Of a stretch of DNA of 64,000 nucleotides, positions 25,791-40,229 are shown one piece after another (position 1 is the stretch's first letter; every line of letters begins with the position of its first letter). Origin of the DNA: Callorhinchus milii (Eukaryota); NCBI RefSeq assembly GCF_018977255.1, contig NW_024704743.1, positions 8,310,001 through 8,374,000 of the forward strand, written 5' to 3'. A program made the translations under genes and the position numbers. The notes beneath the pieces are model-generated. The model was not told where the DNA came from, did no database searches, and was given only the letters and a program-made list of their open reading frames with translations.

Positions 25791-27084
25791 AGGGCGCTAT
25801 ATAAGTGCAAGTTGTTGTTGTTGGTAGGTCTGGAAGAATTTGTTGCTTAGTCTCACAACAAAAGAATTGTACAAATTTCACTCACAAATATTCTGTGAAA
25901 CACTTTGAGACATCTCAACAACGTGATAAGGCGCTATATCAAGTGCAAGGATTATTATTATTAAATTGGATTGTTAGAGTAGTCTATTAAAGAGGAATTG
26001 AGTTGTGCACCACATTCTTCTAAGTGATATAGTTCTTTGTATTGACATAGACTCAACAGTGGTGTTTTCCTGGATTGCATTCAAACTACTTAAAAATGGT
26101 ACAAAGTAAGAGGAAGTATCACTAAAAAGCTTAGCTTTTAAGTTTCCATTTGATTAAACTCGGCTGTGCTGTCATTTAATTCCACAGCACAGAATCATCC
26201 CCAAAATAGCATTCCTTCCAAAATTAAAAACTTTCAAAATAAAGTAATTGCGAGTGACAAACTGATCACAAGACAAGACTGGATGACTGGACTCTTTGGT
26301 CCAATTTATTTGATTCTTCCAGAATACCTTCCTACCCTACCCTCCGCCTATTACAGTAACAAGCCATTTGTTAATGGCCTCCTGGTCTCAGTAAACTATT
26401 CTAGTTGTTAACCACTGTCAGGTTAAAGAAATAGTTCCTGTGTCTGTGCTGAAATTGCCTTTTATAACACCGAATCTCTGTCCTCCTGGTTTGCTGCATC
26501 GGCATCCATTATTATTCTGAGTTTACTTACATGATCCCATTTAAAATCTTAAAACACTCTATAAGGCCCCCTCTAAGACATCTCTTTCAATACTAGAAAA
26601 GCTCTAGGTTGTCTAATCATTACTCATCACTCATACCTCTGACACTGGGATCATCCTCATTGCTCTTCTCTGCACTGCCTTGAAGGCCTCAACTGCTCCC
26701 TTATGTCATGGTAATCAGGACTAGATATACTGCAACAGGTGCAGACAGACAAGAGCACAAGAGTAAGAGCTTGAGAAGTTTTTCTGTGGATCTCAACTCA
26801 ATTAATTTAACAATATAGGCCAGCATTCTGTTTATTGCTGCCTCACACTTCTTTGGCATGGTGAGTGATGAGTTAACAAACATCCAAGTTGACAAGTTCT
26901 AACCCATCCACATAGGACAGGTATCAGCCTGGCTCAGTTGGTATCACTTGTTTCTGAGTTAGAATATTGTGGACTCACCAGCAGTGATTGACTCCCTCAT
27001 AATGTCGGTCAGAGTTACACAAATCTCCTGCCTCGCCTCTCTACGTACTCCAGGGTACAATTCCTCCACTCCGGAGGACTTTGG

Positions 27085-28440
27085 ACATAGAATCATAGAT
27101 TAATACAACACAGAAGGAAGCCATTCAGCCCATCGTGCCTTTGCCAGCTCTTTGGAAGAGCTACCCAATCCATCCCATTCCTTCCCCCACTCTTTCCCCA
27201 TATCCCTGCAATTTTTTCCTTTTCACGTACCTATCCAATTCCTTTTTGAAAGTTGTTATTGAATCTGTTTCCACCATCTTTTCAGACAATACATTCCAGA
27301 CCATAAAGACTCTTTTTGTAAAAAATGGCTCTTCATCTCCCCTCTGGTTCTTTTGCCAATTATCTTGAATATATATCCCCTGGTTACCAACCTACCTGCC
27401 AGTGGAAACAAAGTCTCCCTATCTACTCTTTCAAAACTCCTAATAATTTTGAACCCCTCTATTAAACTTCCCCTTAATCTTCTCTGTTCTAAGGAGAACA
27501 GCTTCTCTAGTCTCTCCACATAACTAAAGTCCTTCATCCCTGGTACCATTCTATCTGGTAAATCTCCTCTGCACCCTTCCAAGTCTGCAGTCTGGGACCA
27601 TTCTCCTCACTGTTTACCATGTTTCCAATTTTTTTGTCATCTGCAAACTTTAAAGTGTTGCTCTTTATACCCAAGTCCAAGTCATTCATAATAATAATAA
27701 TAATCCTTGCATTTGATATAGCGCTTTTCACGTCGAGAGGATGTCCCAAAGTGCTTCACAGAACACACTGTACAGTGAATTGACTGTATATTTGTGGGCG
27801 AACGCGGCAGCCAATTGCGCACAGCAGTGTCCCACAAACAGTCGTAGATTGAAAATAACCAATTTTTATTATTGTTTTTGGAGGGATTATTATTAGGTGT
27901 GTGGAGTAAGGAAACATGCCCAAGGTTTCGCGCTGCCTGGAATTGAACTCAGGTCTCTCACTCGCAAAGCGAGTGCTCTAACCACTGAGCTACAGGACTC
28001 CACAGTATATATCAAAAAGAGCAGTGGACCTAATACCGACCACTGGAGGACACCACTGTATACTTCTCTCCAGTCTGATAAACAACCATTCACCACTACC
28101 CTCTGCTTCCTGTCTCCCAACCAATTTCATATCCATGCAGCAACTGTTCCTTTTACCCCATGAGCTCATCACAAACACCTTCTGACAGTTCATATACACG
28201 TCATCAACTGCACTACCTTCATCAACCCGCTCTGTTATTTCATCAAAGAACTCAATTAAGTTTGTCAGACAGGATTTGCCTTTAACAAATCCGTGTTGAC
28301 TGTCATTAATTAGCTTATGTTTTTCTAAGTGAAAATTAATTTTGTCCTGGATTATGGTCTCTAGAAGTTTTCCCACCACCGACGTTAGTCTGACTGGCCT
28401 GTAGTTACCACGTTTATCCCTCTCGCCTTTCTTGAGTGGT
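27085..28440 (-). mobile_element. CR1 LINE (RT to 3' end) interrupted by a SINE
   Basis: SQHGFVKGKSCLTNLIEFF; SVLGPLLFLIY; KFADD; LEQRRLRG. Confidence 0.9.
27688..28003 (-). mobile_element. Full-length young SINE inserted into the CR1 RT
   Basis: Splits the LFLIY and NDLD parts of the CR1 motif; tRNA-like head at ~27940-28003. Confidence 0.9.
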
Positions 28441-29064
28441 GGTGTTGTCGAAGAGGAGGGTCTTGAGGCGGGACTTAAAGGAGGCTAAGGAGGGGATAAG
28501 GCCCAACCTTGTTTTGACAATCCTTTTACTCTTTATGTGCTTATAGAAGACTAGTGTTCCATTTTATGTTACCCGCTAATCTTTTCTCATACACTCTCTT
28601 TGCGCCTATCACTTACTTTTTCAGTTCACCTCTGCACTTGCTGGATTCTGCTTGATTTTCTAATGTATTTTGAACCTGACATTTATCGTAAGCTTCATTT
28701 TTCTGTTTCATTTTAATCCCAATTTCCTTAGTCACACAGGGAGCTTCCAGCTTTGGATGCCCTACTTTTCCCCATCATGGGAATGCGCTTGGTCTGTTCC
28801 CTAACTATCTCCTCCTGGAGGGCCTCCCATTGCTTGTTTGTTTTCAGCCACTTGAATCTATCTAGAACCTCAGTCTTATTTATGTGAAAGTCTTGGAGCT
28901 CAAGCAATGTTTGTTAGATTGTGGAAGTATGTATTTATTGTCTGTGTTGGTTTTAAAAAAAAACTCTGGAAAGTAGTTGTTTAATATGTTCACTACCTCC
29001 TTTTCATTCTCTTTCTCACATTGAATCCGTTATGAAACAGCAGAATTTCAGGGGTTAACTCCCT

Positions 29065-29405
29065 ACCAACCCGCCCTCTCCCTCCGCTCAGCCAGCTCTG
29101 GCCTGCTCCATGTCCTCCGACCCACCCGCCCCACCATTGGCGGGATAAGCCTTCAGCCACTCTGCCCCCAACCTCTGGAATTCCATCCCCCAATCACTTC
29201 GCCTCGCCCCCTCCTTAGTCTCCTTCAAGTTCTCCTCAAAACCCTCTTCTTCGACCATGCCATCGGTCACCCCTCTTCCCTTCCCCTCCCTTCTCCCTCC
29301 CTGACCCCAGCTCGGGTCTGAAATGCTGTACACCGTCCAGCGCCTTGGGACGTCCTCCCGATGTGAAAGGCGCTATACAAATGTAATCTTGCTGTTGTTC
29401 TTGTT
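29065..29405 (+). mobile_element. L2 3' end
   Basis: WNSIP remnant and L2 tail stem-loop. Confidence 0.85.
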
Positions 29406-31829
29406 AACAAGATCTGAGTGGAAAGAGTCCCTGCCCCCAGTGACTGGTCTGCCCATCATGTCCTTCTGATGATCCAGCCTGGCTGTGCTATCATCAGCAG
29501 TGCCCTAGAATACTGCAGATCTGCCTGGCTCAGGAATTGGACAACCAAAATTGGCACGATTCTGATATTCCGTTGCCAAATACGTCATCCTAGAGCCAGT
29601 TCAGTTCCATGGAGACCCTGCTTAAAGCATAACCAGTTTTGAAAACTTGCCATATAGGGAATCACACAGAAAAAAACATCTTCTATGATCTATATCCTGG
29701 CACCACTGAATTGGGTCACTGGCTTTGTCTCAAATATTTCCCACCCCCCCACCACCCCCCAAGCCTTTTAGACTTCGTTGATCAATACAAATATTACTGT
29801 ACACTGACAATGTGCCTATAGATTGGGCAATAGACTATATACATAAGACAACTAGTACCAAAATATGACACATCAAAATATCACAACATACTTGTAAATA
29901 CATTACAGTGCTGTAACCTCTGAATACAGGCTCTAGTTTCATGGCATGAAATGAAAATAAAATCCAGCAAGCTGCCTCATGCAGATAAAGTCATAGAGGA
30001 AGGGGAGATCCCAACAGAGGATTACACAAACAATTAAAATAATCCTCACATAAAATTAAAAGTATTGGAGAGATCAAATATTTTGAGATAATTTGAATAA
30101 AGAGGTGACTGTCAGGCTAAAGGAACGGAAGAAAGTTCAAGTGATTCTGATTCATCCCACAATGATACTTAATGTGACCGTTGAACTGGTGTTCAGAAAT
30201 TTTGACACTTGAGCTGAGAAGGTTAAAAGGGTAACTTTATAGAGTCAAGATTATGATGGGTGACGCTAGAGAAATAGTAATAAATTTCCATTGGTTGGTG
30301 AGGTGCCAGCCTGCATATTAAATCATCTGCATGCTCAGTGGGACATTTAAGATCCCACAGCAATGTTCAAGAAAAAAGCACTTTTCTCTCCCAATTTTGG
30401 CTAAAATTCGGACATATTAATTGTCATTCATCTCTTGGGTGTTAGTGGGATTTTTCCATACATAAAATGTTACACGTACAGTCACATGACAATTACTTGA
30501 AGCTCTTTGAGATATTTTGACCTTACAGATGTTATAAGTACTCCAGTTTCTTTGCTCTTTCCTCAATGAGAAGGCATAATTTAGGAATTACTAAGAGAGT
30601 TAAAGGAGGTTACAAAAAATTCTTTACACAGAGGTCAGATGAAGAAAACCCTTCAGCACAATTTGATGTCATCCTTCCAGAGAACCCACCCTACCAATCT
30701 AAGAAAATTTGGAACTTTCTGCTGCAAATTGAGGGAAGTTAATAATAATATTTTTTTGTGTGGGTGAAATAATAATAATTAATATTAATAATAATAATCC
30801 TTGTATTTGATATAGCACCTTATCACATCTTCGAGATGTCTCAAAGCACTTCACAGAACATATTGTAAAGTGAATTGACTATATTCTTTCTGGGCAAAAC
30901 GCGGCAGCCAATTGCACACAGCAGTATCCCACAACCAGATTTTTTATTTACTGAAGGGATTATATGTCTTTTTGGAAGAGTCCAAAATTCTTTTACTGGG
31001 GGATTAGATAAATGCTTAAGAGAGAGCAATACAAAAGAACAGAGAGTGTGTGCCAGAGAATGAGATTAGATTTAGATGTGTATGTCCCCCGCCCCCACCA
31101 CATCACACGTTAGCCAATTTAGGGCCAAAAGATAAAGGGTCTGTGAACCTGAAAACTGTTTTTTATTGTTATTACAAAGCAGGAAATAATGAAGCAATTA
31201 GAGAAATATGGGATTCTAAGAGGGACTCAGCAAAACGTTATGGTATGATAATGACATATCTACTGCAGGTTTCTTTAAAGACAATTTTTTCACGTCTTGG
31301 AGGTGGTAACAAATTATATTTGTATAAGGCCTTTCATGTTAGGAGGACATCCCAAGGCGCTGGACAATCAAGCTTTGCACTTGAGTTGGGGGTTGGAATC
31401 AAGAGGGGTGGAGGGCAGGAGGATGACCAATGACAACCCCAGGAATGAGAGAGAATGGTGTGGGATTACTCATATTAATGACTGTTTCTGGGACATTGAT
31501 ACGAGTAAATTAGCTGCCACATTCGCCTACAATACACAGTAACTACATGTCACCATATATCCTGTGAAGTACTTTGAGAAATCCTCCCGACATGAAAATG
31601 TAGCACAGACACAATGTGCTGAATGGCTTTCTTCTGTACCATAAATTTCTATGGTTTTAGGGAAAGACACTATATCAAATTCATTATTATATTTATTTTT
31701 CTTTAATTTTGGGACAAACCAGTTCATCCACATTTTTTTCTAATTTTGTACATAGGCACCAACAACCTTTCAGTACATCTTCCCTCTCAAGCTCTAGGAT
31801 TTGGAAGCTAACTACAATTGTCCTATTGT

Positions 31830-34212
31830 CACCACCCGGCTACACCTTCCATCATATCCCATGACCTAACCGCTGCACTTCACCTTCTCCTGCTCTATCT
31901 TCACTGACTTTTCCACCTTCCTCTCCTCCCACAATCTCTCCCTCCACATCCATTCCTCCACGCCCCTCAACCTGGTAATCACCCGGGGCCTCACTGTCTC
32001 AGACCTCACCATCATCGACAAAGCCATTTCGGATCATGACTTCATCTCCCTTAACTCCTCCAACTCCCCACCGCCCCCTCCCAACCCACATCTATCTGCT
32101 TTGGAAAAAAATCTCCCCCCACTTCATCTTCGCTCTCCTGCCCTTCTGGTCCTCTTCTTATAATGACCTACCCTCCTCGCTCCCTCTTCTCCATAACTCC
32201 CCTCCTCCATTCTTGACTCCCTTGCCCCACTCACATCCCAAACTGCCTCCTACTCCCGTAAATGCCCCTGGTACACCAGCCACCTTTGATTCCTCAAGGT
32301 ACAAGTGCATGCCGCCAATGCACCTGGATCAAATCAAACCTAACAGTCCATCGGCTAGACCAAGGCCTACCTCTCTGCCTTCGCCTCCGTCAAATCATTG
32401 TTCTACTCCAAGATAATCTTGGAGGCCAAGAACAACCGCAGGCTCCTCTTCTCCATCACTAACTGCCTCCTCCGTCCACCTTTCCATGCCTCACTCATCC
32501 TCTCCTCCAATTGTAACTGCGAGGAGATGTTGGACTTCCTTGAGTCCAAAATTTGTTCGGTTACCTCTCCTCCATTTATAGCTACACCCTCCCCACCTCA
32601 CGGCCTGGCCCATACACACCCCTGTCTTCCCTCTTCCCTCACTGCCATCATCTCAAAAATGAATCCCACCACCTGCTCCCTCAACCCCATAACCACCCCT
32701 CTCCTTAATCTCCCACATCCTGGCCCCTCTTTTAATCAACATCATCAACCTCTCCTTATCTACTGGCACTCTTTTCACCCCTCTCAAAACAGCTGTCATC
32801 ACTCCCCATCCTCAAAAAACCTTCCCTGGACCCATCTCTGCACTCCAGCTATCACCCCATCTCCAATCTCCCTTTCCACTCCAAATCCCTAGAATGAGTC
32901 ATTGCATCCAGGCTTTGCTCTTTCCTCTCCCGCCATTCCCTCTATGAACCCTTCCGATGGGTTGTTTCCACGCCCACAGCATGTAGTCTGTTACTAACGA
33001 CATTCTGTCCATCTGCGATCAGGCTTCTCTCTGCCTCCTTGTCCTCCTTGATCTCTCAGCTGCCTTTGATACTCTTGATCATTGTATCCTCCTCCAATGC
33101 CTCTCCTCTCAGCTCAACCTTCATGCACCTGCCCTTGCCTGGTTCAAATCCTACCTCTCCCACCATCTCCACTAGTGGCTTCTCCTCCAGCCCCCGCACC
33201 CTCAGGGCTCTGTACTTGGTCCCTTACTTTTCAACATTTACAGGCTCCCTCTTAGCAAATCATCCGTAGACATGGAGTCAGCTTCCACGTGTATGCAGAT
33301 GATGCCCAACTCTACCTCTCCGCCTCCACCCTCGATTCCAGGACCACTGCTGTCCTCACAGACTGCTTGTCAGACATCAAGTCCTGGATGAGAGCAAACT
33401 TCTTCCAGTTGAATGTCAACAAGATCAAGGCCCTTCTGCTTGACTCCCATCAGCGCCTCTATACCTCGGATGCTGACAGCATCAGCCTTCATGGATGCAC
33501 TCTACACCTCATGGAGCCAATAGAAAACCTCTGCATCCTGTTTGACCCTCAAATGTCCTTCATTCCCCACAACTATGCCATGACACATTATGCCTTTCCC
33601 GACTTCAGCAACATTGCCCGGCTCCACCACTGTCTCGCACCATAGGCCTCCAAGACCCTCAACCACACATTGATCACATCTAGGTTCGACTACGCAAACA
33701 CCCAGCTTGTCGGCCTCTCCAACTCCTCTCTCCACAAGCTTCATTCAGAACTCTGCAGCCCGTGTCCTCTCCTGCCCAGGCTCCGCGATTCTATATCACC
33801 CCATCCTCAGCCGGCTCCACATCACTCAGAGGATACAGTTCAAGATCTTGGTTCTCACCTTCAAAGCCCTCCACTGTCTTGCTCCTCTGTGACCTCCTAA
33901 CCCTCTATGAACTTGCCTGTTCCCTCTGCCTGCTTCACGTCTCCTGCCCTGATTATGCATTGGTGGGCAGGTCTTCAGTCTCTCTGCCCCCACCCTCTGG
34001 AACTCCATCCCACAGTCCATCCGCTTCACCCCCTATCTTGTCTTTTTCAAGACCCATCTCAAGACCCTTCTCTTGACCGGGTCTTCAGTCACCCGGCTAC
34101 CCTTACCCTCCCTACCCTCAATCCCTCCCAATCCCAACCACCAGTTTGAGTGTGATCCCTGACTGTCCAACACCTTGGGACGTCCTCCTGACAAATGTAA
34201 TTTGTTGTTGTT
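31830..34212 (+). mobile_element. Long degenerate L2 LINE (~2.4 kb; endonuclease end, RT, 3' tail)
   Basis: LLVLLDLSAAFDT; YADDAQLY; CLSDIKSWMRANFFQLN; SRFDYAN; many frameshifts. Confidence 0.9.
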
Positions 34213-34324
34213 TATCCAACTGAGATTACGTAACTCAGCAAAGCAATTAAGGGATCTACTAGGTTAGTGTCTTACTGAGGCATTAACCTTTCAAGTCAGA
34301 TAGCATTAGATTATTAAAAAAAGA

Positions 34325-34930
34325 GGTATTGAGCTTTATATCCAGAGGGACAGAATATAAAAGTGAAGAGATGATGTTGAATTTATACATATCCTTGGTT
34401 AGACCGCATTTGCAGTACTGTGTCCAATTCTGGTCTCCACACTATAGGAAGAATACAGCAGTAATGGAAAGAGTACAGCGTGGATTTATGAAGATTATAT
34501 CAGGACTCACAGGCAACTGCTATCCGGATAGACTGGTTTGGTTGGACCTTTTTTTTAAAAAAGAGGAGACTTTAGTGGGACCCAATAGAAGTGTTTAAAA
34601 TTATATGTGTTCGATAAAGTTAACATAAATAGGCTGTTTCCACTGGTTGGGGAGCCTGTAACCAGGGAATAAATATAAGGTAGCATCTAGGGAGAATCAA
34701 AAAGAGAATTTAGGAGGAACTATTTCACTCAAATGCTGGTGAGAATATGAAACTCGCTGTCTGAAGTGGTGGTTGAATCAGATACATTCAAGAGGAAGCA
34801 AGACCCGAGGGAGAGGGGAATAGAAGGATATGGGAGGGAGTAAAGGAATGGGTGGAGACTTGTGTGGAGTATGAACAGTGCCATGGACTGATTGGGCTGA
34901 GTGGCCTGTATACCACTCAGTGCATAGAAC
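34325..34930 (+). mobile_element. CR1 3' fragment
   Basis: LYISLVRPHLQYCVQFWSPHYRK and CR1-type 3' tail. Confidence 0.85.
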
Positions 34931-37366
34931 ATTTTATTGACCCGCTAACTCTCAGATGAAGGGAAAATATGTAAATACAGATACAAGATTCTGCCCGCAA
35001 ACTTTTGAAAATGTTTTGCTGACACATGCTGGAAGTCTTAGGCTCTTTCCAGTTCTTCAGAATTTGTTAGGCCTGTGTTGAACCCAGATTTGTACTGAAC
35101 CACTCATGAACAACAGTGTGAGTCTTTTTTAGCAAAGACCATACAAAGAATACCACATTTAGACAGCAACAAAACTCAAACAACAGCAAATATTAGCAGT
35201 ATAAAGGCAAAACACATCAGTGTGAGATTTGAGTTTTTCCTCAATCAATTCCTGAAACTTTGGTGAAAACGATTGTGAAACTGCCCAGTGCAGTTACGAA
35301 GGGTAGAAACATCAGAAGGTGCAAGTTGTATTAATTTAAACATATGGAAAACTGTTGTGGGAATTGTGCTTAATATACAAATCTACGTCATTATATTGTC
35401 GCTCAAAAAATCCTATCAATCGAGGATACTTGTTCTGTCCGGTAATGCAGGCAAGTATTATTTTGGATGACTATTTCAACTGAGTATTCAAAAAGCTTGA
35501 CAAGAGAATTGTTTACCTTATACATATAACACGTTTAGCCATGCACACGACCCTGCAAGCTAATTGTCAGCAAGAATTATCCGAGACACGTGCTTTCTGC
35601 TGAACCTAGGTTGGCTATTGATCCTTCTCGAGTCACTGTGGTTTGAAAAATGCTGTGTTAGGCTGCCATCTGGTGCCCTGCCTATTAGACCACAGATTGT
35701 CTGTATAAAAGGTATCACTGCAGATTCAGCATTCATAGGTTGAGTCACCCACCCGTTCACAACAACAACAACAACAACATCATCAACAAATTACACTTGT
35801 TTAGTGGCCTACACATCAGAAAGATGTCCCAGGGCGCTGGGGAAAAAACAAACTGGGGAGGTTTTAACTAAAGAAGGCATCACATTTGCAGATAAATGGA
35901 AAATGCTAGAATTAGAACTTGCTCCAATTATTGAATTATTTCCAGATGGGGCAAAATCTTAGGCAAGTTTCCTTACTCCACACACCTGTTTACCTAGCAG
36001 GAAGTAGGAACCAAATTGTTAGTCGATTGGCGGATCACTTTTCCGGGGTAATTTAGTCACTCAATCCACAACTGTTTGCGGGACACTGCTGTGCTCTAAT
36101 CCCTCTTCCCTCTAACGTTCCTTATCTGTTTATCCAATTGCTTACTTGAAAAGAAGAGAAATTTCACCCAGTATCCTGGAAGATTATAGTAATTGCACAT
36201 TCACCTTCTGGGTGTTTGTGGAAACGTTATTGTGCATTTGCCTACAAAACAGATACTATAATGTGAAGTGTTTTGAGATGTTTTAATGTGATATGATGCT
36301 TTAAAAGGTAATTAGTTCTTCCTTTTAAATTCTATGGTCCAGCCTCAATTGTCCTTTCCATATCCGAATAACCCTCTGTGTGAAACACTTTTTGACTGAG
36401 GTCTTGCTGAACTTATTTAAGAAACAGTTTAATGGGAGAACAGTACAGACTGGTATTCTGGAAGAATGAGATCAAATGGGCCAAAACAAATTCTTAATCC
36501 AAACCAATCTTGTGAATTGATACCCGAAATAAAAAATGCCAGTTGAAATTGTGATTAAACAATACACAGCTAGAAAAACAACCATTAGCAAACAGAATTA
36601 AAAAGACTTTGAAAGTATTGACTGAGCATATGCTCCCTTATTACCAAATTAGCAACCAAGCTCCTTAAGGACTTTACCGACTGACAGACATGCATTTATA
36701 AGTGATGGAAAGCATAATTTTGTAAACTCCGTGTTTTGTGTGTGTTTTTCAAAAAAAGTGAATAATTACTTTTTTTTCTTAGTGGAAACTCTGCTTAACC
36801 AGAGACTGAAAACTGTATCTCCAGCAGAGCAACAGAACAGCCAATTGAAATTTTCTCTTCAAAATTTTGTAATTGACAGATTGTACTGGAATCACACGAT
36901 TGATCATCTGCTGTCAGCAAGTTAGAAAGAACGTGATTTACTCCAAGTTGGGACACTTTCCTCAAGGACTGATATAAATTACACAGAATTCATTTCAGAT
37001 GTTAGTCACTGTGAATTCACCATTTTCAAACACAAATAACAGGTGCAATTTCATACCACTTTATTTTACATACAATGTATTGTTCAACTTGAACAGCTGT
37101 CCTGGCTGTTACAGTGCCAGTAATCAGTGGACAATGCTGAAACAGAAGTTTGTATTAGTTGGTATTTGAAACTGCTTGTAGTTGACGCATTGGAAGTGTC
37201 AACGACATTAACTCACCTGGTTTTAATGTTACAATATTACACCATACAACAACGAATTGCACTATATAAATGTATCATGGGAGCAGACCCACAGGCCCAA
37301 AAGTCAAGGGTTTGCACCTGAGCTAGCGGTTGGATTCTAGAGAAGTGGCGCGGGGGTAGGTAGAGA

Positions 37367-37690
37367 TAATAATAATCCTTGCATTTGATATAGCGCCTTA
37401 TCAAATCTTCAAGACGTCTCAAAGCGGTTCACAGAATATACTAGAAAGTGAATTGACTGTATATTTTGTGGGCGAAATGCGGCAGCCAATTGCGCACAGC
37501 AGTGTCCCACAAACAGTCGTGGATTGAGTGACCACATTATTATTATTTTTTAAGGGATTATTATCCCCGGAAAAGTGATCTGCTAATCAACTAAACAGCA
37601 GTAAAGGTAAACAGAAGCGTGTGTGTCGAGTAAGGAAACTTGTCTAACGTTTCACCCTGCCCAGAATTCGAACCCAGGTCCTCTTGCTTA
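37367..37690 (-). mobile_element. tRNA-derived SINE
   Basis: Family match from the tail to the B box. Confidence 0.9.
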
Positions 37691-37739
37691 GTACAGATGA
37701 AAGGAAATGACTTACATGTTTTTATAAGGCCCTTTTCAC

Positions 37740-38500
37740 ATTGAAACATCTCAAAGATGACTGAAGTCATGGTCAAAAAGGAAGGTCTTGACACAGATCT
37801 TGAAAGAAGTGAGAAAAAGGGCGAGGTGAAGGGACTCCAGGATGGAATTTCAGAGATTGGGGGCAGAAAGGTTGAAAGCTCGACTGCCGATGGTGGAGCT
37901 GGCAGGGCAATCGGTTGAAGCAGACCAGTGCCTGTCAAGCGGAGAGAATGGGCGGATTGGTAGGGTTTAAGAAGGTCGCAGAGGTAGGATGAGGACAGAG
38001 TGTGGAGGGATTTAAAAGTGAGGATAAAGATCTTGAACTCAATCCTCGGGGGGAACGGGGAGCCAGTGGAGCGAGCGAGGATAGGGCTATGGCGGAAGCG
38101 TAGGAAAGCTTATCGGGCCAGAGCACGGATGTGGGGTTTAAAGGATAGTTGAGAGTTGAATAAAACACAAAAGTTTCCACACTGGCTGTGAGGTGGAGTG
38201 CACATGTAGATTGAGGCTGTCGGCGCCTGAAGTGAGAAGATGCTGATGGGAACCAAACAAGTCAACATTTAACTGGCGAGGGTACCTCTCGTCCAGGACT
38301 TAATGTCCAACAGACAATTGGTCAGAACAGCAGTGGAGGCAGAGAGATAGAGTTGAGTGTCATCTGCATACATGTGGAAGTTAGCCCTATGCCTGTGGAT
38401 GACATTGCTGAGTGGGAGTATGTAGATATAAGACAGAGTATGGAGCTGAGGAACATTGCATGCGATGGAGTGGCAGTGAAAGGAGAAGTTGTTGGCAGAT
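37740..38500 (-). mobile_element. Degenerate L2 LINE
   Basis: HMYADDTQL and IEFKIF on the minus strand. Confidence 0.75.
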
Positions 38501-39527
38501 ACTAACCTTCATAGGATGGGAAAGAAAAATTAAAGGGCCACCTTATAGCTCTTTATTAGGGGTTCCTTTACACAGAAAAAAATGGATAAACATGAGACAT
38601 TTCCTTTCCGAACAACTCTCACTGATAGTTGTGCTAACGGTCAACTCTTGAGTCTGTGGTGTCCAAAACTATTGATCGGATGAGTATCATGACTGACATT
38701 ACATTAAACATTCTCTTTCTGTTGGAATTTGATTTTCTGAATACTCACCCCTTGTTTTATTGGTACTCAAACAAAAATCGACACCTTCTCTCAAAACATT
38801 AGAAATGGGTCTCATTTTGTCAATCCCAGCTATGGTTTCCAATGGACTGCTCAATGCCTGATGAATTATGTTCGTTGTAGCCAGTAATTTCCACCTACGT
38901 CTTCCTCAGCAACATGTGTTCATTAAACTCAGATGATTACCCTGTAGATATATGAGCCAACACCTGGTCACACTGATATTCTGGAGGTCCAAATCCAATG
39001 TCATGTACCAGGTTTATTTGTCACTATCTGCTCATTCCAGATCCTCACAGAAGGGCTCTTGGCAGTGATCTGTCTGCCCACTATAAAGTTGACTGTCTCT
39101 GCGTGCTCAGTTACATGTCAATGTAGGCTGCAGCCTTACCCTTTTTATCACAAATTCAACTGACAACTTGGTCCTGGACTGCACAAATGGGCTGAAGAAA
39201 ACTCCTCCATTGCACATGCAGGAGCTCCAAACCAAGGACAAGTCGTAAATCCACAATTCTTAACGTGCATTGGGATTTTAGATTTCGTTTCAGGCAAGTA
39301 GGCTAAACTTTGGCTAGAATTCTGATTTGACCGTTAAATGTTTTCCAAGTACTAAAGCTGATTTACAGTTTCAACTTGCTTCCTTGACTCTGTTAAACTT
39401 TACATTTTGTTGAACAGTAAAGTCAAATAGAAAAAACAGCAATTTGTGTATAGCAACTTTCAATTCTGGGAAAATATAATACAATTGATAATTTCTTCAC
39501 CAGAACACAAAGTTATTTATGTACATT

Positions 39528-39893
39528 ATAATAATCCTTGCATTTGATAAAGCACTTTTCACGTCTTCTGGAAGTCTCAAAGCACTTCACAGAATATGCT
39601 GTAAAGTGAATTGATTCTATATTTGTGAGGGAAACGGGACAGCCAATTGCGCACAGCAGTGTCTCACAAACTGCCGTGGATTGAGTGACCAAATTATTCC
39701 TATTTTTTTTGAGGGATTATTATCCCCGGAAAAGTGATCCGCCAATCGACTAACAACCGGGTTCCTACTTATTGCTAGGTAAACAGAGGCGTGTGGAGTA
39801 AGGAAATTTTTCCCAACATTTCGCTCTGCCAGGAATTGAACCCAGGTCTCTCGCTTGCGAGGCGAGTGCTCTAAACACTGAGCTACAGGACTT
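39528..39893 (-). mobile_element. Full-length tRNA-derived SINE (undeleted subfamily)
   Basis: Complete head, body and tail. Confidence 0.9.
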
Positions 39894-40229
39894 CATAATG
39901 GAGGGAGGGAACATTGTTAGACCAGTTAAGGTTGCTGGGGCTTGACAAAGTGCTGTATTCCTTCATTTTGTTTCAAGAGTTTTCAAAAGTTCACTGAATT
40001 CCCAGACAAAAGTCATGTTTATTTAAACACAAATACATTTACAGCATGCAGTCAGTTAAAACTAAATTGCTTAACCAAACAGAATTTAATGTGCCTTTCT
40101 CTGTACGACTTATTCTGCACCATATTCCACAGGCGGGAAAACCTTAGTGTCATCTCATGTCAAATTTAGAACAATTCAGTAATTGCCATAGATAGCATTG
40201 TTCATATTATGCAAATAATTTAGTTGATC

